Shown in pieces: positions 27,189 to 39,032 of a stretch of DNA of 64,000 nucleotides. Positions within the stretch are counted from its first letter, which is position 1. Each line of letters opens with the position of its first letter. Source of the stretch: Paraspadella gotoi (taxonomy: Eukaryota; Animalia; Chaetognatha); assembly GCA_051294375.1 (NCBI GenBank), contig CM119270.1, positions 732,344-796,343 of the forward strand. Reading direction: 5' to 3'. The position numbers and the translations under genes were made by a program. The notes under the pieces were generated by a model, which was not told the origin of the DNA, did no database searches, and was given only the letters and a program-made list of their open reading frames with translations.

Positions 27189-27500
27189 CTTTTTTAGCCG
27201 GATCTGCTCATCAGCAGATTCCGGCTCTTTAATTCACTTTGTCGATCCGCCCCCAAAATCTTGTCGTTAAGTCACTTATACCATCTCAGAATATCGAATT
27301 ATGATAAATTTGTGCAAAAAAATCGCGGTTCGTCCGTCCGTCCGTCCGCCTGACTGACTATCCGTCCGTCCGTCCGTCCCCGCTTCGCTTTGAACTCCAA
27401 TTACTCATGAGTGGATGGGGCGATTGACTTTTCTATGTGTGTAGAAAAACGTGTGATTGAGCGGGAAATCGAGTTTCGATGGAATCGTCCGAGTGGAAAT
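27189..27500 (+). mobile_element. HINE/DINE-1-like non-autonomous Helentron-type element (mirror copy about 38230-38533)
   Basis: T-run followed by hairpin agccggatctgct-catc-agcagattccggct and an internal (GTCC)n microsatellite. The distal end is approximate. Confidence 0.55.
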
Positions 27501-28325
27501 GATCAATTATTTTATATCAAATGTAAATGCGAACTGCATTAATTATTCAAATAATTAATCAATTAATTAATCAATTGAATAATGATTTCAATTCTCGTGG
27601 GCGGCGCCATTTTCTTCGCTCAGTCGTCACCCGCCTCTAATTCAAATTCCTCCGCCCAAATTCGTCGTCGTCATCGTCGTCGTCGTCGTCATCATCGTTC
27701 ATTGGCATTTCGGAAGTTAATGGTTAATATTTTTATCCGCGGTTCTTCTTTCTAGATTAGGTTGCAAGAAATATTGATAAAAATTTAAGTTACCATATTT
27801 GTTTTAGCTGAGCTCTTTCACGTGTTTTATAAGTAACGTACGAAGATAGGGAATAAAAAATAGTAAGCGGTGAAATACTTTATTGGTAAAGTAGCAATCA
27901 AGCATGACCTAATATTATATAGTTTATACCTGTACAATAAAATAATTATTTTAATGTCAAAAAATGTAACAAAGCAATTTTTATTTCTTTTGCATGAGTC
28001 AAAACGACAAAAGTTTTTTTAGTAAAATACATGAGACAACATCTATTTAGTGATTAACAGAAAGTGCTAAATATTCCAAATTGATCTTCACTCGGCCAAA
28101 CAGCCTTGGCGGCCTTCCCCTGTTTCTGACCTGCTTTTATCTTTATCAGATTCGTTAAACCCCTTTAGGATTTTATATTACCAATTACATATTTTCTCCC
28201 ACTTCAATATTACAACCGAACTCACTATATTTAACTATATTTAACTATATTTAACCCAGACATAAACTCCGAATTAAACTCTTTTTAGTTGATCAAATTT
28301 TCCTCCACCAATCAAATCCATTTAA

Positions 28326-30319
28326 TTAGTGACAATTCCACACACGCGCCCCTTCTTTAGGCCTCAACTTTCCCTCAAGAGGAATTCCATTAATGTTACT
28401 TTCTACCGACGATTCTATTTCAAAAAAATCTTGAATGGCGGCGGCAGCAGTGCCATCTCCATTTCCGGCGCCATCATTATCCCCAGTGCCTTCTCTAGGT
28501 CCAGTGCCATCTCCATTTCCGGCGCCATCATTATCCCCAGTGCCATCTCCAGCACCAGTGCCATCTCCATTTCCGGCGCCATAATTATCCCCATCCGTTC
28601 CATTGCCATGCTCTCTGCCATCCCAGGCTGCACCGCCAAACACGTTGAAGAGTTGCTCGTCGCTCAAGGCGCCCTTCCACATCCGAAAGTGACGGATAAC
28701 TCCGATGAATCTTTGGGTGTCATCGAAATACATCAGAGGTTTTTCATCCTTGAAAGACAAACTAACTAACAGAGTAACGCTATTAACCACAAAGAAAAAA
28801 TATGGAAAATACTACTACAAATATAATAATGAGCTCTTTCACATTTAGTGACTCCGGAGTAAATGGTCAAATCATTGAGGAATTCATTCGATTCCTACCG
28901 AGTCTTGTCCAAACACGAATATGCCTCCCTTCTTCAGCTGGGACTTTGCAATGTCGTCTACAGAAAGCAACTTCTCGCCATCAATGAAGACACGTACGTT
29001 GCCAGGGGTTGAGTCCCACGTTATTAGAACCTCATCAAACAAGGATTGAGAAATAGGGGTAAGAAGAGTAAGACAGAAATGTACAAAAAAGGAGTTAATA
29101 AAGAAACTATATTTGCAAAGAAAGCAGCAATGAGACTCAGGTATGTGCAGATCCGACATTGTTCGATCAAACTTTACCTGCATCCACTTTCTGAGCTGGA
29201 TTTGATAAGTCGAAACAATTCCATTCAATTCCCGTTCACCAAACTCAATGTAGAATATGTTTTCTTTTGAGAGAGAAAAAAGTGAATCAGTTAAGAAATC
29301 GTGAAAGAAACGCAAACTGCTTTGCTTTTCTTTACCTCTGAAGCAGAAAGTAAAAGCGTTTGGATCCTGCGACAGCCCGTACTGAAAGACCGTTATCCAG
29401 TCGATGACTTTTTCCAAATAGATTTCAAAGAGGAAAGTCCACTCATTCCAGTATCGGTTCTCAGGCTGAGAATCTTTTACTTCGAGTAGGGCGTGAGCGC
29501 GTGGGCGGGATGTCGGAAGAAGAAGGCAGGAATTTGAGAAATAGGGCGCTGAGGGGGGGGTTATTTAGTAAGTGATGAGGGAAGGAAAAAAAGTAATGTG
29601 TGAAAGAGTGAGGGCGGGTTGGAGAGAGAGTAAGAAGAGAAGGGAAGAGAAGAGAAGTAGAGAGAAGGGAAGAGAAGAGAAGTAGAGAGAAAAGAAGAGA
29701 AGAGAAGTGGAGAGAAGAGAAGAGAAGAGAAGTAGAGAGGAAAAGAGAAAAGAGAGGACAATGGCAGAACAAAAGAGAGGTGAGGTTATAAAAAAAAGAG
29801 GAACCAAAAAAATATAAAAAATTCGAAAGAAATGAAATTTCTTTTTTATCATCGCGATGATAGGAAAGTTAAATAAATTAAAGCTTGCAGGTGCTTGCTA
29901 TGATATTAGCTTGTAAAATGAATGAAGGCCGTAACTCACAAAAACCTGTCCATATTCTGGCATATTTAATGAATAATGCATGGATAATTTTTATATTCGT
30001 TCTTCCAATTTCATGTATCTTTAATCTTTAAGGGCCTAAGTTTTATCCTCATTTGTTTTAGTCAAGATTTCCCCCAAATGACTTACCCGGTTGAAAGTAA
30101 GTTTTTTCCCGACCATCTTGATTTCTGACAACAATTTCTTTGCAATTTTTTTCTTTTTGACAGCTCTTCGAACTCCTGAATAATTTTAAATTCCTCAATG
30201 ACTATTTTATAATTATATTTTTTTACAGTTTTATTCAGTCTTTTATATGCACAGCTCAGAAGCAGTTATTAAACTCTTTGGTCCAACTCACACAACTGAA
30301 AAGTCACCAGTGTGTTCGG

Positions 30320-30361
<42 letters not shown>

Positions 30362-30895
30362 CATTTTTGTTTTCACTTGGAACGAATCTCGTTTTACCTC
30401 AAAATTTCTAAAGGATCAACACTGAAGTTGATGTTGTTGTTTTTGTTGTCCAAAAACAGAAAAACGTCTCCTAAAATTTTTAAGTTAGTCTGATGTTTTT
30501 AAATACATTTTCATACATGCAACTGCATGATATAAATTAAGTATTTTCAACAGGGAAAATATTAAGGGCCATTTTTTAAAGAAGTTCTAGAAGCTAAGTT
30601 AGCAAGGGGAAATGTTTCTGAAGCTCAGGTGCATTTACACCAACACCGTTCATACGGTTAGCAACGGGACATTATATTGTTCTAATTAACGACATGCCAT
30701 GAAAACAGTGAAATGAAAATATAAGAATTTCTTTGTACTCAAACTGTAACGATAAATAAGAGAACCACTGTATATGAAAATGAGAAAATTTTTGATAGAC
30801 TGACCGACAGAAATACTTATATTCCCCACCAGATATTTACCTTTACAACTCACAAATAACCACAAATACAACTGAAGCTGGGCATTGAACAACAT
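28326..30895 (-). CDS. Secreted pentraxin-like protein, paralog C (7 exons, 356 aa, Gly/Asp-rich insertion)
   Basis: Manual splice, all GT-AG with matching phases: 30895-30841, 30470-30398, 30175-30087, 29548-29336, 29263-29178, 29030-28899, 28748-28326 (1071 nt, open). Signal-like MLFNAQLQLYLWLFVSCKG. Pentraxin-type motifs WTFLFEI, KWMQVLITWDSTPGNVRVFIDG, LKKGGIFVFGQDSD, FDDTQRFIGVIRHFRMW; ends WNCH*. Confidence 0.88.
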
Positions 30896-31192
30896 CCATT
30901 TTATTAAATTCGTCATCGCGAAAGTTCTTTTTTTAGTTTTACAATTTTGTTTCGCTTCTTTTATTTATTTTTGGCGTAATTTTTCATCAGTTGTTGCGGA
31001 ACTTCTCCTAAACAAAATCGGTGAATCCAATGTGTTGCGCCGGGCTGACTTTCTTTTCACGTGTATTTCCCTGTCATCACATTTACTTTACCCGCAATTA
31101 CTTTGTGATCATGTGACCGTAGTTTTGCGTGACGCATCGCACTGCATCGGAATACCGTCTTTTTTTCTTTATAGTTTTAGAATTTCCTGAAG

Positions 31193-31362
31193 GCGGCGCT
31201 GGCAGTCACTTAAATTTGAGGATTTCAACAAATGAGCAATCAACTATAGGCGAATTATGAGCATTTTTAACGCAAGTGGGACAGACAGACGAACAGACAT
31301 ACCGACCGACGCGACAGACCGACCGAAAAGTAGAGTTGCTCTCCGCGAGTACTCGCAGTTAG
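31193..31362 (-). mobile_element. Shorter copy of the same HINE-like family (mirror about 34415-34580)
   Basis: Shares gcgctggcagtcacttaaatttgagg, agcaatcaactatag, a short GACA/GACC tract and the gcgagtactcgc palindrome with 32008-32547. Confidence 0.55.
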
Positions 31363-32007
31363 GATTACTTGTTTGCTATGATTTTCTCCGATGTTCGTGT
31401 TTCCAGGAGTGATTAATTATCAATTTTTCTTTAATTCAATCGAGAGAATTCTTCTCTCGTTTCCCTCGCAGATTCTTCGACGAGTGGAGATTGGAGACTG
31501 GAGAATGTACACGCGTCGACACGGCGGGTTCCAATAATACTAATATACACAAAATCAACATAAAAACTTGTCAAATTTCAAATCATTATACGAAAATAAG
31601 CGTCAAATTCAGAGTCCCAGCTTTGTTATTACGGCTGATTGGTTATTACGGCCTCTTTTCTGCATATTATGCTAGAATAAAAATTTTAACTTTTAACATT
31701 TAACGTAAAAACGTTTTTTAAACCTATTTAACCTTAATCTTTAGCTCGAACCCTAAATGCTAATCCTTAACCTAAGTAATGAAGCCTCTCTTCTCAGTTG
31801 GTCCGTTTGGATGATGATTCATCGAATAAGAGAGTCCTCGTAGATTTCATCCGAGTCGCGGATCCGATTCCGATTTTGGGTTCTGATTCATCTGCGGATT
31901 ATAACATGACAGTGACATGACTAAAAAAACTTTTTTAGCCCGTTTTTATGAATGCACTGCTTCAAAATTTCGTCTTTATCCTATATTAGTTTTTAGTATT
32001 TCCTAAG

Positions 32008-32547
32008 CCGGCGCTAGCAGTCCTTTAGATTTGAGGTTTTTTTTTGTAACAAAATAGCAATCAACTATAGAAAAATTATATGCATTTTAAGTAAATGGAA
32101 GAGAGACAGACCACGACCGGACAGACCGACCGACGGAACCAGAACGCTGACCGACGGAACAGACGGACAGACCGACACGCGACAGAGACAGACGACCGAC
32201 TGGCAGCCCGACAACCGCACGACGACCGGACCAATCGGACAGACGACCGACCGAGGCACAGGCGACGACGACGACGGACGACGACCGCCGACGACGACCC
32301 GACCAACCGGACCCGGACAGACCAGGACAGACCGACCGACGGACAGACCGACCGATCGACGGAAGACCGAGCAGACGGACCTAAACGCGACCGATGAAAA
32401 GACCGACCGACCAACACGGACAGACCGACCGAGACCAGACCCCGACCGACGGAACAGACTGCCCGACGACAGAACCGACAGCGACGGACAGACCGACCAA
32501 AAAGTGACTATAGATTGCTCCGCGAGTACTCGCGGCGCGACTAAAAA
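32008..32547 (-). mobile_element. HINE/DINE-like element with expanded GTCN microsatellite (mirror about 33461-33762)
   Basis: Cleaner mirror copy reads tttttagttgcgccgcgagtactcgcggagcaactctataagtcacttttcggtc... (terminal palindrome), then (GTCG/GTCT/GTCC)n and a conserved distal body. Confidence 0.6.
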
Positions 32548-32670
32548 TTGAGCTCATTCCGAATTTCCGATAAAATGGTAAAATGAGGCCAATGATTTTT
32601 ATCCATTCCCGGCTCTTTAATTCACTTAGTCGGTATATGATAAATTATTAAAAAATGGAAAAAAAACAAA

Positions 32671-32750
<80 letters not shown>

Positions 32751-33033
32751 GAGAAAGAAAGAATGAAATTGGGGATCATGGATTAATTTTTTTCTGTTTT
32801 TGAAGCTGAACTGGGATTAACTGTCCACTTATGTATGTATTTTCTCTCTCTCTCTCTCTCTGGGTGTCTCTCTCTCACTTCTTTTTAAACTTAAAATTAC
32901 ATTTATCACCTTTGTCGGATATAATGNNNNNNNNNNNNNNNNNNNNNNNNNGAGAGAGAGAGAGAGAGAGAGAGAAATGGGAACCGAGGGAACTATTAAA
33001 GAAAGATGAGGGGAGAATGCGCTAAAGAGCGAT

Positions 33034-33101
<68 letters not shown>

Positions 33102-34873
33102 AGAAAACATTTATGCCGCATTATATCGACAAAGGTGATAAATGTAATTTTAAGTATAAAAGAAGTGAGAGAGAGTCACCCAGAGAGAGAGAGAGAGAGA
33201 AAATACATACATAAGTGGACAGTTAATCCCAGTTCAGCTTCAAAAACAGAAAAAAATTAATCCATGATCCCCAATTTCTTTTTGTTTTTTTTTCCATTTT
33301 GAATAATTTATCATAATACGATGTACTGAAATGACATTAAGGATTGACTGATAAGATTTTGGTTTGGGACCGACAGAACGACTAAGTGAATTAAAGAGCA
33401 GGAATGGATAAAAATCATTGGCCTCATTTTACCATTTATCGGAAATTCGGAATTAGCTCAATTTTTAGTTGCGCCGCGAGTACTCGCGGAGCAACTCTAT
33501 AAGTCACTTTTCGGTCGTCTGTCTGTCCGTCGGTCCGTCGGTCGGTCTGTCCGTTGGTCGGTCGTCTGTCCGTTGGTCGGTCGGTCTGTCCGACAGTCGG
33601 TCTGTCCGTCGGTCGGTCTGTCCGTCGGTCGTCAGTCCGTCGGTCGGTCTGTCCGTCGGTCTGTTCCATTTACTTTAAAATGCATATAATTTTCCTATAG
33701 TTGATTGCTCATTTGTTAAAACAGAAAAAAACCTCAAATCTAAAGGACTGCTAGCGCCGGCTTTAGGAAATACTAAAACTAATATAGAATAAAAGACGAA
33801 ATTTTGAAGCAGTGCATGTCATAAAAAACACGGGCTAAAAAAGTTTTTTTTAGTCATGTCATGTCATGTCATGTCATGTTATATCGCAGATGGAATCAGA
33901 ACCAAAAATGGAATCGGATCCGAGACTCGGATGAAATCTACCGAGGACTCTCTTATTGGATGAATCATCATCGAAACGGACCAATGAGAAGAGAGGCTTC
34001 ATTACTTAGGTTAAGATTAGCATTTAGGGTTCGAGCTAAAGATTAAGGTTAAATAGGTTTAAAAACGTTTTTACGTTAAATGTTAAAGTTAAAATTTTTA
34101 AATTCTAGCATAATAATGCAGAAAAGAGTGCCGTAATAACAAAGCCGTAATAACAAAGCGGGACTCTGAAATTTGACGCTTATTTTCGTATAATGATTTG
34201 AAATTTGACAAGTTTTTATGTTGATTTTGTTATATTAGTATTATTGGAACCGCCGTGTCGACGCGTGTACATTCTCCAGTCTCCAATCTCCACTCGTCGA
34301 GAATCTGCGAGGGAAACGAGAGAAGAATTCTCTCGATTGAAACTAAAGAAAATTGATATTAATCACTCCTGGAAACACGAACATCGGAGAAAATCATAGC
34401 AATGCAGTAATCCTACTGCGAGTACTCGCGGAGCAACTCTACTTTTCGGTCGGTCTGTCGGTCGGTCGGTATGTCTGTTCGTCTGTCTGTCCCACTTGCG
34501 TTAAAAATGCTCATAATTCGCCTATAGTTGATTGCTCATTTGTTGAAATCCTCAAATTTAAGTGACTGCCAGCGCCGCCTTCAGGAATTCTAAAACTATA
34601 AAGAAAAAAGACGGTATTCCGATGCAGTGCGATGCGTCACGCAAAACTACGGTCACATGATCACAAAGTAATGCGGGTAAAGTAAAATGTGATGACAGGG
34701 AAATACACGTGAAAAGAAAGTCAGCCCGGCGCAACACATTGGATCACCGATTTTGTTTAGGAGAAGTTCCGCAACAACTGATGAAAAATTACGGCCAAAA
34801 ATAAATAAAAGAAGCGAAACAAAATTGTAAAACTAAAAAAAGAACTTTCGCGATGACGAATTTAATAAAATGG

Positions 34874-35395
34874 ATGTTGTTCAATGCCCAGCTTCAGTTG
34901 TATTTGTGGTTATTGTGAGTTGTAAAGGTAAATATCTGGTGGGGAATATAAGTATTTCTGTCGGTCAGTCTATCAAAAATTTCTCATTTCATATACAGTG
35001 TTCTTATTATCGTTACAGTTTGAGTACAAAGAAATTCTTATATTTTCATTTCACTGTTTTCATGGCATGTCGTAATTAGAACAATATAATGTCCCGTTGC
35101 TAACCGTATGAACGGTGTTGGTGTAAATGCACCTGAGCTTCAGAAACATTTCCCTTGCTAACTTAGCTTCTAGAACTTCTTTAAAAAATGGCCCTTAATA
35201 TTTTCCCTGTGAAAATACTTAATTTATATCATGCAGTTGCATGTATGAAAAATGTATTAAAAACATCAGACTAACTAAAAATTTTAGGAGACGTTTTTCT
35301 GTTTTTGGACACAAAAACAACAAATCAACTTCAGTGTTGATCCTTTAGAAATTTGAGGTAAAACGAGATTCGTTCCAAGTGAAAACAAAATGTTT

Positions 35396-35428
<33 letters not shown>

Positions 35429-37407
35429 CCGAACACACTGGTGACTTTTCAGTTGTGTGAGTTGGACCAAAGAGTTTAATAACTGCTTCTGAGCTGTGCA
35501 TATAAAAGACTGAATAAAACTGTAAAAAAATATAATTATAAAATATCATTGAGGAATTAAAATTATTCAGGAGTTCGAAGAGCTGTCAAAAAGAAAAAAA
35601 TTGCAAGAAATTGGTGTCAGAAATCAAGATGATCGGGAAAAAACTTACTTTCAACCGGGTAAGTCATTTGGGGGAAATCTTGACTAAAACAAATGAGGAT
35701 AAAACTTAGGGCCCTTAAAGATTAAAGATACATGAAATTGGAAGAACGAATATAAAAATTATCCATGCATTATTCATTAAATATGCCAGAATATGGACAG
35801 GTTTTTGTGAGTTACGGCCTTCATTCATTTTACAAGCTAATATATAGCAAGCACCTGCAAGCTTTAATTTATTTAACTTTCCTATCATCGCGATGATAAA
35901 AAAGAAATTTCATTTCTTTCGAATTTTTATATTTTTTTGGTTCCTCTTTTTTTTATAACCTCACCTCTCTTTTGTTCTGCCATTGTCCTCTCTTTTCTTT
36001 TCCTCTCTACTTCTCTTCTCTTCTCTTCTCTCCACTTCTCTTCTCTTCTTTTCTCTCTACTTCTCTTCTCTTCCCTTCTCTCTACTTCTCTTCTCTTCCC
36101 TTCTCTTCTTACTCTCTCTCCAACCGCCCTCACTCTTTCACACATTACTTTTTTTCCTTCCCTCATCACTTACTAAATAACCCCCCCCTCAGCGCCCTAT
36201 TTCTCAAATTCCTGCCTTCTTCTTCCGACATCCCGCCCACGCGCTCACGCCCTACTCGAAGTAAAAGATTCTCAGCCTGAGAACCGATACTGGAATGAGT
36301 GGACTTTCCTCTTTGAAATCTATTTGGAAAAAGTCATCGACTGGATAACGGTCTTTCAGTACGGGCTGTCGCAGGATCAAACGCTTTTACTTTCTGCTTC
36401 AGAGGTAAAGAAAGCAAAGCAGTTTGCGTTTCTTTCACGATTTCTTAACTGATTCACTTTTTTCTCTCTCAAAAGAAAACATATTCTACATTGAGTTTGG
36501 TGAACGGGAATTGAATGGAATTGTTTCGACTTATCAAATCCAGCTCAGAAAGTGGATGCAGGTAAAGTTTGATCGAACAATGTCGGATCTGCACATACCT
36601 GAGTCTCATTGCTGCTTCTTTGCAAATATAGTTTCTTTATTAACTCCTTTTTTGTACATTTCTGTCTTACTCTTCTTACCCCTATTTCTCAATCCTTGTT
36701 TGATGAGGTTCTAATAACGTGGGACTCAACCCCTGGCAACGTACGTGTCTTCATTGATGGCGAGAAGTTGCTTCTGTAGACGACATTGCAAAGTCCCAGC
36801 TGAAGAAGGGAGGCATATTCGTGTTTGGACAAGACTCGGTAGGAATCGAATGAATTCCTCAATGATTTGACCATTTACTCCGGAGTCACTAAATGTGAAA
36901 GAGCGCATTATTATATTTGTAGTAGTATTTTCCATATTTTTCTTTGTGGTTAATAGCGTTACTCTGTTAGATAGTTTGTCTTTCAAGGATGGAAAAACCT
37001 CTGATGTATTTCGATGACACCCAAAGATTCATTGGAGTCATCCGTCACTTTCGGATGTGGAAGGGCGCCTTGAGCGACGAGCAACTCTTCAACGTGTTTG
37101 GCGGTGCAAGCCTGGGATGGCAGAGAGCATGGCAATGGAACAGATGGGATAATGATGGCGCCGGAAATGGAGATGGCACTGGTGCTGGAGATGGCACTGG
37201 GGATAATGATGCGCCGGAATGGAGATGGCACTGGACCTAGAGAAGGCACTGGGGATAATGATGGCGCCGGAAATGGAGATGCACTGCTGCCGCCGCCATT
37301 CAAGATTTTTTTGAAATAGAATCGTCGTAGAAAGTAACATTAATGGAATTCCTCTTGAGGGAAAGTTGAGGCCTAAAGAAGGGGCGCGTGTGTGGAATTG
37401 TCACTAA
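34874..37407 (+). pseudogene. Inverted second copy of pentraxin-like gene C, frameshifted as assembled (likely an allelic copy with consensus indel errors)
   Basis: Reverse-complement match to 28326-30895 over all 7 exons, with several 1-bp deletions (e.g. gttattgtgag, caggatcaa) and a few substitutions. Confidence 0.65.
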
Positions 37408-39032
37408 TTAAATGGATTTGATTGGTGGAGGAAAATTTGATCAACTAAAAAGAGTTTAATTCGGAGTTTATGTCTGGTTAAATATAGTTAAATATAGTTA
37501 AATATAGTGAGTTCGGTTGTAATATTGAAGTGGGAGAAAATATGTAATTGGTAATATAAAATCCTAAAGGGGTTTAACGAATCTGATAAAGATAAAAGCA
37601 GGTCAGAAACAGGGGAAGGCCGCCAAGGCTGTTTGGCCGAGTGAAGATCAATTTGGAATATTAGCACTTTCTGTTAATCACTAAATAGATGTTGTCTCAT
37701 GTATTTTACTAAAAAACTTTTGTCGTTTTGACTCATGCAAAAGAAATAAAAATTGCTTTGTTACATTTTTTGACATTAAATAATTATTTTATTGTACAGG
37801 TATAAACTATATAATATTAGGTCATGCTTGATTGCTACTTTACCAATAAAGTATTTCACCGCTTACTATTTTTATTCCCTATCTTCGTACGTTACTTATA
37901 AAAACACGTGAAAGAGCTCAGCTAAAACAAATATGGTAACTTAAATTTTATCAATATTTCTTGCAACCTAATCTAGAAAGAAGAACCGCGGATAAAAATA
38001 TTAACCATTAACTTCCGAAATGCCAATGAACGATGATGACGACGACGACGACGATGACGACGACGAATTGGGCGGAGGAATTCGAGTTCGAGGCGGGTGA
38101 CGACTGAGCGAAGAAAATGGCGCCGCCCACGAGAATTGAAATCATTATTCAATTGATTAATTAATGATTAATTATTTGAATAATTAATGCAGTTCGCATT
38201 TACATTTGATATAAAATAATTGATCATTTCCACTCGGACGATTCCATCGAAACTCGATTTCCCGCTCAATCACACGTTTTTCTACACACATAGAAAAGTC
38301 AATCGCCCCATCCACTCATGAGTAATTGGAGTTCAAAGCGAAGCGGGACGGACGGACGGACGGATAGTCAGTCAGGCGGACGGACGGACGGACGAACCGC
38401 GATTTTTTGCACAAATTTATCATAATTCGATATTCTGAGATGGTTAAGTGACTTAACGACAGATTTTGGGGGCGGATCGACAAAGTGAATTAAAGAGCCG
38501 GAATCTGCTGATGAGCAGATCCGGCTAAAAAAGTATCATGTTAGGCGGTGTTAATATAACTAGTCCTAGTTGTTCGCCGGTGGTTCAGAATTTTGTCAAC
38601 ACTGGCGACGCACGCGAAATTAATTTGCTTTAATCGGAATTGATTCGGTTTATCTTAAAAGTAAACGTTGAAAAATATTTAATTGAAATAAAAAAAAAAG
38701 TAAAAAAAAATTCATTCAAAAAAATAGGAACAAAATCTTATAAGTATAACTTATTGAAAATCCTTACATGCCCTTACACGCTCTTTAAAAATTGTTTCGA
38801 ATTCGAACGATTTTATCATCAATATTCGTTTTGAAGACAAAGCAAGTCGCTTCAATGAAAACAATAAGACAAACCAATGATAACAACACAACTAAAGACT
38901 CGCCTCGACGTTGAATCTTATTTTTTTCCGTATTTTTTTTTTTTGCTAATAAATAACAACGAAGGAAGTAGGCGTGGTTATTTAGGAGAAATGGAGAAGT
39001 TGTTTTTATTAAGTCGCTAAACTGTGACAAAG

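Noticed and set aside
28329-28769. Antisense ORF with ISISGAIIIPS repeats
   Set aside because: Shadow of the coding minisatellite in the last exon of gene C.
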